From positions 39,763 through 103,762 of the forward strand of contig CBDHEC010000024.1 in the NCBI GenBank assembly GCA_965261975.1: DNA of 64,000 nt. Reading direction: 5' to 3'. The stretch's first letter is position 1. Each line of letters starts with the position of its first letter. Below the pieces are notes generated by a model. It saw only the letters and a program-made list of their open reading frames with translations. It was not told where the DNA came from and made no database searches. Below are positions 18,268-29,336 of this stretch, one piece after another. The position numbers were made by a program, and so were the translations under genes. This DNA is from Alphaproteobacteria bacterium. GTDB taxonomy: Bacteria > Pseudomonadota > Alphaproteobacteria > UBA6615.

Positions 18268-18969
18268 ATGTCGACGAAGATCACGCGTTCCGAATGGGCG
18301 GTACTGGCAGCGACACTGGCCTATATAGCAGGGTTCGCTGCGGTATTTCTGTCGACGGGAAACCGCGAATTCCTCTGGTACATCATCACGCTGCTGATAC
18401 TTGTCGCGCTTGTCGGCGTCGGCCAGCGCAAGGCGGCCTTTCCTCCGGCGATACTCTGGTCACTTTCCCTGTGGGGTTTCCTCCACATGGCCGGCGGCGG
18501 GACCCCGGTCGGTGAAACCGTGCTCTACGGCCATGTGATCATGCCGATCCTCCAGGCCGGCGAGATCGTGATGCTGCGCTATGACCAACTGGTCCATTTC
18601 TATGGCTTCGGCATCACCGCCTGGCTGCTTTGGCATCTGCTGCGGCGGCATTTCCCGGAGATGAACGGCAGCGCGAGCATCTATGTATTCGCCGTGCTCG
18701 GCAGCATGGGCCTCGGGGCGGTGAATGAGATCATCGAGTTTGCAGCCGTCATCATGTTTCCCCAGACCAACGTCGGCGGCTATGTGAACACCGCACTCGA
18801 CCTCGTCTTCAATGAGATCATCGAGTTTGCAGCCGTCATCATGTTTCCCCAGACCAACGTCGGCGGCTATGTGAACACCGCACTCGACCTCGTCTTCAAC
18901 GCCGCGGGCGCCATCACGGCCATGATCGTCGCGGCGATCGTCGCCCCGACACCTGCAAATTCCGCATAG
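18268..18969 (+). CDS. hypothetical polytopic inner-membrane protein (possibly DUF2238-like) with an internal perfect duplication
   Basis: Start at Met11, with AAGGA 7 nt upstream. About 6-7 hydrophobic segments. Residues NEIIEFAAVIMFPQTNVGGYVNTALDLVF occur twice in tandem. Confidence 0.7.
   Translation: MSTKITRSEWAVLAATLAYIAGFAAVFLSTGNREFLWYIITLLILVALVGVGQRKAAFPPAILWSLSLWGFLHMAGGGTPVGETVLYGHVIMPILQAGEIVMLRYDQLVHFYGFGITAWLLWHLLRRHFPEMNGSASIYVFAVLGSMGLGAVNEIIEFAAVIMFPQTNVGGYVNTALDLVFNEIIEFAAVIMFPQTNVGGYVNTALDLVFNAAGAITAMIVAAIVAPTPANSA
18724..18897 (+). repeat. perfect 2 x 87-bp in-frame tandem duplication
   Basis: 18724-18810 and 18811-18897 are identical in the printed sequence and encode the same 29 residues twice. 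Confidence 0.95.
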
Positions 18970-19102
18970 GGTTCTGCCAACGCCGGCAAACACACCGGAT
19001 GGGTTGCCAAACACTCACGGTTTTGTGACATAAAGAACCAAGTGGGGAGGCACCGGAATCACGGGTGCCAATGACACCCGCAGTCTTTGCGGAGGTTTTA
19101 CG

Positions 19103-20041
19103 TTGAGTATTGTTTTCGAAGGGGGCGCCAACGCCATCACGGGCGACGGCAGACGACGAGGGTTCGTCGGTTACACGCTGACATTTCTGCTCTGGCCAGG
19201 CATCCTCGCCGCTTGTCTCTACGGTACCTGGCTCGGCTTCGAGGCCGGCCATTCCGCGATCTATTTCAACATCACCTACCTGTTGCTGGCGCTCTGCCTG
19301 TTCACGCTCGAACGCATACTACCCCATGAGCGCAACTGGCTGGCAAATGACGGCCAGATCGGCCCGGACCTCGCTCACACGCTCCTGAACAAGGGCTTCG
19401 CCCAGGTCCTCGTCGTGGTTGGCGTGACCATCGGGATCGCAGAGGTCGCGGCCAGCAAGGGCGGCGGTTTCTGGCCCGGCGACTGGCCGTTGGCGCTGCA
19501 GATCATCCTCGGCATGGTCATCGCCGAGGCCGGCATGTACACGGCCCATCGCGTCGCCCATGAATGGTCACTGCTCTGGCGCTTCCACGCCGTCCACCAT
19601 AGTGCCCCGCGACTGTGGTTCTTCAACACCGGACGCTTTCATGTGGTCGACACGGTGGCCAGCATCCTGCTGAGCCAGCCGCTGCTTTTTCTCGCCGGCG
19701 CGCCGTCCGAAGTCTTCATCTGGGTGAACTCGATCACCGCTTTCATCGGCATGCTGACCCACTGCAATATCGAGATGCGGTTCGGCCCGTTGAACTATGT
19801 GTTCAACACACCCGCGGTGCATCGCTGGCACCATTCGCGCATTCCCGCCGAAGGCAACAGCAACTACGGCGAGAACCTGATGCTGTACGATGTTCTCCTG
19901 CGGACATTCTACTGCCCTGACCGGCGCCCGCCCGCCGACATCGGGATCGACGGCCCCATGCCCACCAGCTTCGCGGGCCAGGTCGCACAACCCTTCCGGC
20001 GCAACCAGGCAGCGGTCCCGTCCACACCGGACGACAAGTAA
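19103..20041 (+). CDS. fatty acid hydroxylase / sterol desaturase superfamily membrane protein
   Basis: Histidine boxes HRVAHE, HAVHHS and HRWHHS. TTG start with GGAGG 8 nt upstream. Confidence 0.8.
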   Translation: MSIVFEGGANAITGDGRRRGFVGYTLTFLLWPGILAACLYGTWLGFEAGHSAIYFNITYLLLALCLFTLERILPHERNWLANDGQIGPDLAHTLLNKGFAQVLVVVGVTIGIAEVAASKGGGFWPGDWPLALQIILGMVIAEAGMYTAHRVAHEWSLLWRFHAVHHSAPRLWFFNTGRFHVVDTVASILLSQPLLFLAGAPSEVFIWVNSITAFIGMLTHCNIEMRFGPLNYVFNTPAVHRWHHSRIPAEGNSNYGENLMLYDVLLRTFYCPDRRPPADIGIDGPMPTSFAGQVAQPFRRNQAAVPSTPDDK

Positions 20042-20095
20042 CCCGTTTCACGCGGCATCATGGACCGCGACACGCCGCCCGATTCTTGCGCGATG

Positions 20096-21346
20096 TCACC
20101 GCCGGTCCGGGCGATAGATCAGCATCCAGGCGAAGGCCGAGACCTGCAGGGCGAGGGCCACGCCGAACGCTGCGCGATATCCCATTACTGAATAGGCGCC
20201 GTCGGCGGCCACGGGCCAGAGGTTGATCACCTCACCCATGCCCCATTGCAGGGCGAACGCCGCCCCGAAGATCAGCAGGTTCTGGGCCGTGCTGGCCCGA
20301 CCCGCCAGCTCGGGCGGAAACATGCGCGCGAGGACGGAGAACATGACCACGCCGGTGGTCCCGGTCGCACCGAAGATGAACCAGAGAAAGCCCGGCGCGG
20401 ACGTCCACTCGAACAGCACCAACAGCTGGACCAGGATAAACATCGCCATGCCACCCGCCGCGGTCACCAGCGGCGGAATGTTTCGCCGCGCCAATCGCTC
20501 GGCGACAAGTCCCACGACCACGTTGCCGAGCACGAAGCCCGCAGCACCGGCCAGCAGGGTAAAGCTGACCGTCCAGGAATCCAGACCTGCGATGTCGCGC
20601 AACCACGGCCCCGCCCACAATGTCTGGATGGCGAGGAAGCCGCCCTGGGACAGGGCGGCCAGCGGTGCGACCCGCCAGAACAAGCCGCTGCGGTAGATGG
20701 AGACCATGCCCGAAATACGCGATGCCATGGGCTCCGACGCCCCGGCGCGTTCGCGTTCGGGCGCCACGAACCAGATCGCCACCGCGACCACGAGGGTGGC
20801 CAGCGCCAGCGCGACGAAGCCGTAACGCCAGCCGACCTCGGACACGAGCGCCTCCGTCGGCGCCGTCGCGACCATGGCCCCCAGCCCGCCGAAGGCGACG
20901 ATCAAGCCATTCATGAAAGGCAGCTTGTCGCCGGGGAACCACTCGCTCATCGCCTTGAAGGCCCCCATCAGGCAGGCCGCGACACCGAGCCCGATCAGGG
21001 CGCGGCCCAGCACCAGGCCCCACAACCCCTCGCCGATCGAGAACAGGAAGGCCCCGATGGCGGCGACCAGCAGCAGCGCGGTCACGACCCGGCGCGGGCC
21101 GTGGCTGTCGAGATAAATGCCGACCGGGATCTGGGCCGCGGCGAAGGCGATGAAGTAGGCGCTGGTGAGCATGCCCAGCTGGCCCGGTGACAACGACATC
21201 TCGAGCGCCAGGTCGGGACCGATCACCGCGTTCACGGTGCGGTAAAGATAGGAAAAGAAGTAGCCCAGCGCGAAGGGCAGGAAGATCACCGCAAACAAGC
21301 GCACGGTGGGCGGCCGGTCGCCCGCCCGGGTCTGGATATCTGCCAT
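20096..21346 (-). CDS. MFS transporter
   Basis: 416 aa, about 12 hydrophobic segments, with a typical loop 2-3 region (GIYLDSHGPRRV). Confidence 0.8.
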   Translation of the reverse strand: MADIQTRAGDRPPTVRLFAVIFLPFALGYFFSYLYRTVNAVIGPDLALEMSLSPGQLGMLTSAYFIAFAAAQIPVGIYLDSHGPRRVVTALLLVAAIGAFLFSIGEGLWGLVLGRALIGLGVAACLMGAFKAMSEWFPGDKLPFMNGLIVAFGGLGAMVATAPTEALVSEVGWRYGFVALALATLVVAVAIWFVAPERERAGASEPMASRISGMVSIYRSGLFWRVAPLAALSQGGFLAIQTLWAGPWLRDIAGLDSWTVSFTLLAGAAGFVLGNVVVGLVAERLARRNIPPLVTAAGGMAMFILVQLLVLFEWTSAPGFLWFIFGATGTTGVVMFSVLARMFPPELAGRASTAQNLLIFGAAFALQWGMGEVINLWPVAADGAYSVMGYRAAFGVALALQVSAFAWMLIYRPDRR

Positions 21347-22126
21347 CTAGCTGCCGCGAAACTTGGGCTTTTCGCGCGCCTTGAACGCGTTGTACCCGAT
21401 CATGTAGTCCTCGCTGTCGGCATAATCGAACTGGGCCTCGAGCTCGGCCCGGCTCAGGGGCCGCGGATCGGCCAGCCGCGCGAGCGCGGCCCGGTGATAG
21501 CGGTGGGACAGCGGCGCGCCGTCGGCGATCCGCCGCGCGGCCTTCATGACCTCGTCTTCCAGCTCGGCATCGGGCACGACCCGGGTCAACAGGTTCTTCG
21601 TCAATGCCTCATCGGCCGAAATGGCCCGGCCCTCAAGCAGGATCTCGGCGGCCACGGCGCGACCGCCGGCATCGACCAGATACTGGACCAGGTGGTAGCC
21701 GAGGAAGAGCCCGATATTCTTGGCCGGGACACCGAACCGGCCCGACTCGCCCGAGATACGCAGATCGGCTGCCAGCGCCAGCTCAAAACCGCCGCCGATG
21801 CAAAACCCATGGATCATCGCGATGACCGGGTGGCGTGAATTACGCACGCCCAGGAAGGCACGGTCGGTGGCGGCCTCATAGGCCTTCACCTTCTTTCGGT
21901 CGGATCGCTCGGCCTCGAAATTGGTGATGTCCGCGCCGGCACAGAACGCCTCCTCGCCCGCACCGCGCAGGATGATGCAACGCACATCATCGTCCTCACC
22001 CAGCGCATCGATGGCGTCGCCCACGGCGACCCAGTCTTCCTGGCGCAGCGCGTTGCGCTTCTCGGTGCGGTGAAGGGACACGATGGCGATATCGTCGCGG
22101 CGCTCGACCTTAACGGTGTCGGACAT
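21347..22126 (-). CDS. enoyl-CoA hydratase/isomerase (crotonase) family protein
   Basis: Start at Met20 of the track ORF. ILRGAGEEAFCAGADI oxyanion-hole motif. Abuts the MFS gene. Confidence 0.85.
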   Translation of the reverse strand: MSDTVKVERRDDIAIVSLHRTEKRNALRQEDWVAVGDAIDALGEDDDVRCIILRGAGEEAFCAGADITNFEAERSDRKKVKAYEAATDRAFLGVRNSRHPVIAMIHGFCIGGGFELALAADLRISGESGRFGVPAKNIGLFLGYHLVQYLVDAGGRAVAAEILLEGRAISADEALTKNLLTRVVPDAELEDEVMKAARRIADGAPLSHRYHRAALARLADPRPLSRAELEAQFDYADSEDYMIGYNAFKAREKPKFRGS

Positions 22127-22208
22127 GGGGTTCTCACTTTTTGAGGGCAACTGCCCGGCGAACGGGCCCGTAGTATCGCGCAATTCAAGCCGGGTTGCGA
22201 GGCACGCG

Positions 22209-23345
<1,137 letters not shown>

Positions 23346-23372
23346 TACTGTCTCTCAATCACTCTCGCCCGC

Positions 23373-23403
23373 TTGACATTTGCCGGGCGCAAACCGTTAT
23401 AAC
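23373..23403 (+). promoter_or_regulatory. putative sigma70-type promoter of hisI
   Basis: TTGACA (23373-23378), then TATAAC (23398-23403). The spacer is 19 nt, which is longer than optimal. About 50 nt upstream of hisI. Confidence 0.3.
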
Positions 23404-23455
23404 ACGCGCGAAACCGGGCGCCGCAACATGCGCGCCCCATACAGAAAGTCGTCCG

Positions 23456-23935
23456 ATGTCAGATAGTCCCATGTTCGCCCCGCGCCAGACCATCGAACAG
23501 GTCGAGGAAGGCCATGAGCTGGCCCCGAAGTTCGATGCCGACGGCCTGATGCCCGTCGTCACCACCGACGCCGACAGCGGCGAGGTGCTGATGCATGGCT
23601 ATATGAACGCGGAAGCCCTGACCAAGACCATCGAGACCGGCGAGGCCCATTACTGGTCCCGCTCGCGGCAAGTCCTCTGGCACAAGGGTGCGACGTCCGG
23701 GCTGGTCCAGAAGGTCAAGGAGATCCGCATCGACGACGACCAGGACGCCGTGTGGCTCAGGGTCGATGTCCAGGGCGGTGCCAGCTGCCATGTGGGCTAC
23801 CGATCCTGCTTCTACCGCTCGGTGCCGGTGGGTGCGGCGGACGACGCGCCAGTGGAACTGGGCTACGAGGAGACCGAGAAGGTCTTCGACCCGGTCGAGG
23901 TCTACGGCGACGCGCCGAACCCCACGAAGCTTTAG
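23456..23935 (+). CDS. hisI: phosphoribosyl-AMP cyclohydrolase (HisI), variant metal-site motif
   Basis: [29 protein letters not shown] and [15 protein letters not shown] are typical HisI. The usual D-C-D-x-D reads D-D-D-Q-D (residues 93-97). Confidence 0.85.
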   Translation: MSDSPMFAPRQTIEQVEEGHELAPKFDADGLMPVVTTDADSGEVLMHGYMNAEALTKTIETGEAHYWSRSRQVLWHKGATSGLVQKVKEIRIDDDQDAVWLRVDVQGGASCHVGYRSCFYRSVPVGAADDAPVELGYEETEKVFDPVEVYGDAPNPTKL

Positions 23936-23938
23936 CGA

Positions 23939-25270
23939 CTAACGCAACGTCTCCACGAAACGCACCGGTTCACCGACAGGTCCGTCGGCGAGCTCGCCGT
24001 CTCGCATGACCACATTGCCGCGGATGATCGTGCCCACCGGCCAGCCGGTGATGTTCATGCCCTCATAGGGGGACCAGCCGCACTTGTAGGCGAGCCAATC
24101 GGCGGTGATCTCGCGCTTGGCCTTCAGGTCGACCAGGGTGAAGTCCGCGTCATAGCCCCAGGCGATGCGGCCCTTGCCGGCGATGTTGAAGATGCGTTGC
24201 GGGCCCGAGCACAGGAGATCGACCAGCCGCGCGAGGCTGAGGCGCCCGTTGGCTACATGGTCGAGCATGACGGCGACCGTCGTCTGGGCGCCGGGCATGC
24301 CCGAGGGGCTGGCCGGATAGGGCTGCGCCTTCTCTTCTTTGGTGTGGGGCGCGTGATCCGAACCGATCACGTCGAACACGCCTTGTTCAATGCCGCGCCA
24401 CAGCCCGGCCCGGTGGGCCTCGCCGCGGATCGGCGGGTTCATCTGGGCATAGCTGCCGAGGCGCTCATAACAATCGGGTGCCGCGAATGTCAGATGCTGG
24501 GGCGTCACCTCGCAGGTCGCCACGTCCTTGTACCGGGCCAGGATCTCGACCTCCTCGGCCGTCGTGATGTGCAGCACATGCACGCGCCGCCCGGTCTCGC
24601 GCGCAATCTTCAGGAGACGCTTGGTCGAGCGGATCGCGGTTTCCTCGTCGCGCCATACGGGGTGGGACGACGGGTCGCCCTCCACGCGCTCGTCTTTTCG
24701 TTCGTTCAGCCGGTACTCGTCTTCCGAATGGACCGACATGCGCCGGGTGCCGTTGGAAAGTGCCCGGCGGACCGTCTCGTCGTCGGGCACCAGAAGATTT
24801 CCGGTGGAGCTGCCCATGAACATCTTCACGCCGCAGCAGCCGGGCACCCGCTCGAGCGCGGCCAGATCGTCCGCATTCTCGGCGGACGCCCCCATGAAGA
24901 AGGCGTGATCGGTCCAGGACCGGCCGGCGGCGCGGGAAATCTTGTCGGCCAGCGCCTCGGCGCTCGTCGTCAGCGGATCTGTGTTCGGCATCTCGAAGAC
25001 GGCCGTGATTCCGCCGAGCGCCGCGGAGCGGGTGCCGGATTCGAGGTCTTCCTTCTGCTCGTTGCCGGGCTCGCGGAAATGCACCTGGCTGTCGATCATG
25101 CCCGGCAGGACCGTCAGCCCCGCCGCGTCGATGACCGTGCCGGCATCGGCACCGCTCATGTCGCCGACATGGGCAATCTTGCCGTCGCGCACCGCGACAT
25201 CGGTTTGGGCCAGCCCGCCGGTGGCCCAGACGTCGCCACCCCTGATGATCAGATCGTAAGTTTCAGTCAT
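23939..25270 (-). CDS. pyrC: dihydroorotase, long (type I / PyrC2-like) form, variant metal-site motif
   Basis: 443 aa. Conserved are FEMPNT, GVKMFM (Lys), SVHSED, VHVLHIT and GSDHAPH. The N-terminal D-x-H-x-H reads DSQVH (Gln62). Confidence 0.8.
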   Translation of the reverse strand: MTETYDLIIRGGDVWATGGLAQTDVAVRDGKIAHVGDMSGADAGTVIDAAGLTVLPGMIDSQVHFREPGNEQKEDLESGTRSAALGGITAVFEMPNTDPLTTSAEALADKISRAAGRSWTDHAFFMGASAENADDLAALERVPGCCGVKMFMGSSTGNLLVPDDETVRRALSNGTRRMSVHSEDEYRLNERKDERVEGDPSSHPVWRDEETAIRSTKRLLKIARETGRRVHVLHITTAEEVEILARYKDVATCEVTPQHLTFAAPDCYERLGSYAQMNPPIRGEAHRAGLWRGIEQGVFDVIGSDHAPHTKEEKAQPYPASPSGMPGAQTTVAVMLDHVANGRLSLARLVDLLCSGPQRIFNIAGKGRIAWGYDADFTLVDLKAKREITADWLAYKCGWSPYEGMNITGWPVGTIIRGNVVMRDGELADGPVGEPVRFVETLR

Positions 25271-25329
25271 CCGATATTCGTATCATTTTGTGGTCTCGGG
25301 TGAACAGGTGAGGTCATCCACAGGCGCGG

Positions 25330-26133
25330 TCACCCGTCTGCCTCATCCGTCAGCGCGACGGCGAAATCGGCCATCACCTGCAACACGCCCTCGGTCGCAT
25401 CACGGTGCGGCGTGTGACCGCAGTCGGGCACCATCACGGCGTCGACCGGGCCCGCAGATTGTCGTCCGATGGCCGCGGGTTGGGCTTCGGTCCCGTATTC
25501 GTCGTCGACGCCCTGGATGACAAGGGTCGGACAGCCGATCGCCGGCAGATACTCCTCGATGTTCCAGTCGCGAAAGGCCGGGCTGAGCCAGATGTCGTTC
25601 CAGCCCCAGAAGGTCTTGTCGCCGTCGGTGTGGCGGCGCGCGATGCGCGCCGGGAGATCGGTGGTCTCGTAGGCCGTCTTCGCATCCTCGATGCCGGCGA
25701 TGCTCGCATCCTCGACGAAGAAATGCGGCGCCTCGAGGATCAGGCCGCGCACGGGCCATTGCCCGGCCCCGGCGTGGATCGCCGCAATCGAACCGCCGTC
25801 GCTGTGACCCACCAGGATCACATCATCGAGATCGAGGGCGTCGCGGATCACCGGCAACGCCTCCAGGGCCTCGTGATGCATGTAGTCCACGCCGCGCGGC
25901 GCCTCCAGCACATCCGAGCCGCCATAGCCGTAGCGGGAATAGACCAGCGCGGGCAGGCCGGTTGCCGCCGTGACCAAGGCCGGGAAATCCCGCCACAGAC
26001 CGGCCGATCCCAGCCCTTCATGGAGGAAGATCAGCGCCGGGCTCTCGCCGTCATGTTCGGCCGTCCAGTAATATTCGAGGCAGCGTCCCGCTGCGGTCAG
26101 GTGCTGCATGTCCGGGATGGCGGCAATCGACAT
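25330..26133 (-). CDS. alpha/beta-fold hydrolase
   Basis: Start at Met45 of the track ORF. HEGLGS oxyanion region and nucleophile elbow VGHSDGG. Divergent from boxC. Confidence 0.8.
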   Translation of the reverse strand: MSIAAIPDMQHLTAAGRCLEYYWTAEHDGESPALIFLHEGLGSAGLWRDFPALVTAATGLPALVYSRYGYGGSDVLEAPRGVDYMHHEALEALPVIRDALDLDDVILVGHSDGGSIAAIHAGAGQWPVRGLILEAPHFFVEDASIAGIEDAKTAYETTDLPARIARRHTDGDKTFWGWNDIWLSPAFRDWNIEEYLPAIGCPTLVIQGVDDEYGTEAQPAAIGRQSAGPVDAVMVPDCGHTPHRDATEGVLQVMADFAVALTDEADG

Positions 26134-26246
26134 CGCCAAGTTCCTTTCGGGTCTCGCCAATTCGTTGGATATACCGACTATTGGGTTCACAAAGTGATGG
26201 GCTTGGATTACTGTTCTAGCGGCAAACAGGAGGGGAAAGCGATCCC

Positions 26247-27902
26247 ATGATCGCCTTTGAAACACACCCGGAACGCTACCGGCACTGGCAGCTTTCGATC
26301 GACGGGCGGGTTGCGACCCTCACCCTCGCCGTGGACGAGGCCGGCGGGCTGGCGCCGGGCTATGAGCTCAAGCTCAACTCCTATGATCTGGGTGTCGATA
26401 TCGAGTTGTATGATGCCATTCAACGCTTGCGTTTCGAACACCCGGAAGTGGCCGCGGTGGTGGTCACCTCGGCCATGGACCGGGTGTTCTGCGCCGGGGC
26501 CAACATCCCCATGCTCAAGGCCTCCAGCCACGACCATAAGGTGAATTTCTGCAAGTTCACCAACGAGACCCGCAACGCCATCGAGGATGCGAGCGAAAAC
26601 TCCGGCCAGGCCTATATCTGCATGGTCAACGGCACGGCCGCGGGCGGCGGCTATGAACTCGCGTTGGCCTGCGACGAAATTTTGCTGGTCGACGACGGGT
26701 CGAGCGCGGTCTCCCTGCCGGAGGTGCCCCTGCTGGCGGTGCTGCCGGGCACCGGCGGGCTGACCCGGGTGGTGGACAAGCGCCATGTGCGCCGCGACCG
26801 GGCGGATTTCTTCTGTACCACCGGCGAGGGCCTGCGTGGCAAGCGCGCGCTCGAATGGAAGCTCGTCGACGCACTGGTGCCCCGCTCGAAACTCGAAGAA
26901 ACACTCGCCGCGCGAACTGCCGAACGTACAGATACCTCGGACCGCCCGGCGGACGGCGCGGGCGTGGAACTTACCGCGCTCACGCGAGATATTTCCGATG
27001 CCGAGCTCACCTACCCCAACCTCACGGTCGCGCTGGACCGGGAGACACGCACCGCGACCTTCACGGTGCGCGCGCCCGAAAACGCCCCGCCCGAAGACAT
27101 CGACGGCATTCACGCGGCGGGCGTGGGGTTCTGGCCCCTGGCGATCGCCCGCGAGCTCGATGACGCGATCCTGCATCTGCGGTTCAACGAGACCGAAATC
27201 GGCACCTGGGTGTTCCGCACCGAGGGCGACGGCGAACTTGTCGCGGCCCATGACGCCGCGCTGCTGGAACACGCCGACGACTGGCTGATCCGCGAGATCA
27301 CGCTTTATCTGCGACGCACCCTCAAGCGCATCGACGTGTCCGCCCGCTCCCTGCTGGCGCTGATCGAGCCCGGCTCATGTTTCACCGGCACGTTGCTGGA
27401 GCTCGCGCTCGCCGCCGACCGGTCCTACATGCTCGACGGTGCGTTCGAGGAAGACGGCTCGAACCTGCCGCCCGCAACCATCGCGCTGACCGGCATGAAC
27501 ACCGGTCCGCTGAAGATGTGCACGGGCCTCACCCGGCTGCAAACACGTTTCTACGGCGACGACGACGCCCTGGCCGCCGTCGAGGCCGAAATCGGCACCG
27601 CGCTGGAGGCGGTCGACGCCGAGGCGCTCGGCCTGGTCACCTTCGCGCCCGACGACATCGACTGGGAGGACGAGGTTCGCCTGGCCATCGAGGCCCGCGC
27701 CGCCTTCTCGCCCGACGCGCTGACGGGCATGGAAGCAAGCCTGCGCTTCCCCGGGCCCGAGACCATCGAGAGCAAGATTTTCGCGCGCCTGAGCGCGTGG
27801 CAGAACTGGATATTCCAACGTCCCAACGCCGTGGGTGACAGCGGCGCGCTGGAGCTCTTCGGCACCGGCAAACAACCCGAATATGACCGCAGGCGGGTGT
27901 GA
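26247..27902 (+). CDS. boxC: 2,3-epoxybenzoyl-CoA dihydrolase / benzoyl-CoA-dihydrodiol lyase
   Basis: 551 aa. Crotonase-like N-terminal half (FCAGANI) plus a long C-terminal half. Size and position directly upstream of boxB fit BoxC. Confidence 0.8.
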   Translation: MIAFETHPERYRHWQLSIDGRVATLTLAVDEAGGLAPGYELKLNSYDLGVDIELYDAIQRLRFEHPEVAAVVVTSAMDRVFCAGANIPMLKASSHDHKVNFCKFTNETRNAIEDASENSGQAYICMVNGTAAGGGYELALACDEILLVDDGSSAVSLPEVPLLAVLPGTGGLTRVVDKRHVRRDRADFFCTTGEGLRGKRALEWKLVDALVPRSKLEETLAARTAERTDTSDRPADGAGVELTALTRDISDAELTYPNLTVALDRETRTATFTVRAPENAPPEDIDGIHAAGVGFWPLAIARELDDAILHLRFNETEIGTWVFRTEGDGELVAAHDAALLEHADDWLIREITLYLRRTLKRIDVSARSLLALIEPGSCFTGTLLELALAADRSYMLDGAFEEDGSNLPPATIALTGMNTGPLKMCTGLTRLQTRFYGDDDALAAVEAEIGTALEAVDAEALGLVTFAPDDIDWEDEVRLAIEARAAFSPDALTGMEASLRFPGPETIESKIFARLSAWQNWIFQRPNAVGDSGALELFGTGKQPEYDRRRV

Positions 27903-27906
27903 GACC

Positions 27907-29325
27907 ATGAAAGCCAACTACAACGAAATGATCCCCAACAACGTCAACCTCGGCGACGACCGCCGTCTGTTGCGCGCGCTGGAACGCTGGCACCCGGCCT
28001 ATATCCAGTGGTGGAAGGACATGGGGCCGGTCGAATCCACCGACTTCGATGTCTATCTGCGCACCGCCATCAGCGTCGACACCGACGGCTGGGCCATTTT
28101 CGATCATGTGAAGATGCCCGACTATCGCTGGGGCATCTTCCTCGCCGAACCCGGCCCCGAGCGGAAGATCGCCTTCGGCGCCCACAAGGACGAACCGGTC
28201 TGGACCGAAGTGCCGGGCGAGTACCGCACCGAGCTGCGCCGCCTGATCGTTACCCAGGGGGACACCGAGCCCGCCTCGGTGGAGCAGCAACGCCAGCTGG
28301 GCCGGACCGCGCCGTCGCTGTATGACCTGCGCAATCTCTATCAGGTGAACGTCGAGGAAGGCCGCCATCTGTGGGCCATGGTCTATCTGCTGCATGCCTA
28401 TTTCGGGCGCGACGGACGCGAGGAGGCCGACGAGATGCTCGAGCGCCACGCGGGCGACCCGGACCGGCCGCGGATCCTCCAGGCCTTCAACGAGCAGACC
28501 GACGACTGGCTGTCGTTCTTCATGTTTACCTATTTCCAGGACCGGGACGGCAAGTTCCAGCTGGCCGCGCTCGCCGAGTCCGGCTTCGACCCGCTGTCGC
28601 GGACCTGCCGCTTCATGCTGACGGAAGAGGCCCACCACATGTTCGTGGGCGAGACCGGCGTGATGCGTGTCCTGCAGCGGACCTGCGAGCTGATGCGCGA
28701 GCATGACACAGAGGATGTGCGCCCCTTCGGCGGCATCAACCTCGACACCATCCAGAAATGGATCAACTTCCACTATTCGATCTGCCTGGATCTGTTCGGC
28801 TCGGAACGCTCGACCAATGCCGCGAACTACTTCTCCATGGGCCTCAAGGGGCGCTACCAGGAGACGAAACTCGACGACGACCACAAGCTCGACGGCGAAC
28901 AGATGGAAATCGCGAAGGTGACCGAGGACGGCGACATCGACAGCGAGACCATCTCGGCGCTGACGGCGATGAACCTGAAGCTGCGCCAGGACTACACCAC
29001 CGACAGCCAGCGCGGGCTCAACCGCTTCAACAAGATGATCGCCGCCCATGACGTCGACGTCAAACTCACCCTGCCCGATGAGAAGTTCAACCGCTCGATC
29101 GGCATCTATTCGGCCATCGAGGCGACCCCGGAGGGCGAGCTCATCTCGGCCGAGGAATGGTCCAATCGCAAGGCGGCATGGCTGCCGACGGACGAAGACA
29201 AGGCCTATGTGAATTCGTTGATGGTGCCCGTCACCGAGCCGGGCAAGATGGCCAGCTGGATCGCGCCGCCCAAGCGCGGCATCCACGGCCGGCCCATCGA
29301 CTTTGAGTATGTGCTGTTTCACTGA
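27907..29325 (+). CDS. boxB: benzoyl-CoA 2,3-epoxidase (oxygenase) component B
   Basis: Start at Met25 of the track ORF. Near-colinear with Azoarcus BoxB as I recall it (IPNNVNL, YLRTA, DYRWGIFLA, VTQGDTEPASVEQQRQLG, NVEEGRHLWAMVYLLH, FMLTEEAHHMFVGE). Confidence 0.9.
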   Translation: MKANYNEMIPNNVNLGDDRRLLRALERWHPAYIQWWKDMGPVESTDFDVYLRTAISVDTDGWAIFDHVKMPDYRWGIFLAEPGPERKIAFGAHKDEPVWTEVPGEYRTELRRLIVTQGDTEPASVEQQRQLGRTAPSLYDLRNLYQVNVEEGRHLWAMVYLLHAYFGRDGREEADEMLERHAGDPDRPRILQAFNEQTDDWLSFFMFTYFQDRDGKFQLAALAESGFDPLSRTCRFMLTEEAHHMFVGETGVMRVLQRTCELMREHDTEDVRPFGGINLDTIQKWINFHYSICLDLFGSERSTNAANYFSMGLKGRYQETKLDDDHKLDGEQMEIAKVTEDGDIDSETISALTAMNLKLRQDYTTDSQRGLNRFNKMIAAHDVDVKLTLPDEKFNRSIGIYSAIEATPEGELISAEEWSNRKAAWLPTDEDKAYVNSLMVPVTEPGKMASWIAPPKRGIHGRPIDFEYVLFH

Positions 29326-29336
29326 GCGGTGATGCC

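Noticed and set aside
18724-18897. The 87-bp tandem repeat considered as a CRISPR array or minisatellite.
   Set aside because: There are only two units with no spacers, and the repeat lies entirely in-frame inside a coding sequence. It is a gene-internal duplication.
18970-19102. Overlapping small hairpins (TTGCC-N6-GGCAA; GGCACC...GGTGCC / GGGTG...CACCC) considered as an attenuator or small RNA.
   Set aside because: The stems are only 5-6 bp, have no U-tract, and match no recognisable riboswitch core. This is too weak to call from sequence alone.
23390-23405. Possible Zur box (CGTTATAACACG) between the COG0523 gene and hisI.
   Set aside because: Only an 8-bp core (GTTATAAC) is palindromic. 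The central spacer expected in the GTTATA-N-TATAAC type boxes I remember is missing. The same bases are equally well explained as the -10 region of a TTGACA...TATAAC promoter. It should be tested, but it is not called.
26208-29322. Long minus-strand ORFs (26208-27272 and 27637-29322) opposite boxC and boxB.
   Set aside because: They are antisense artefacts. The plus-strand products match BoxC and BoxB along their whole length.
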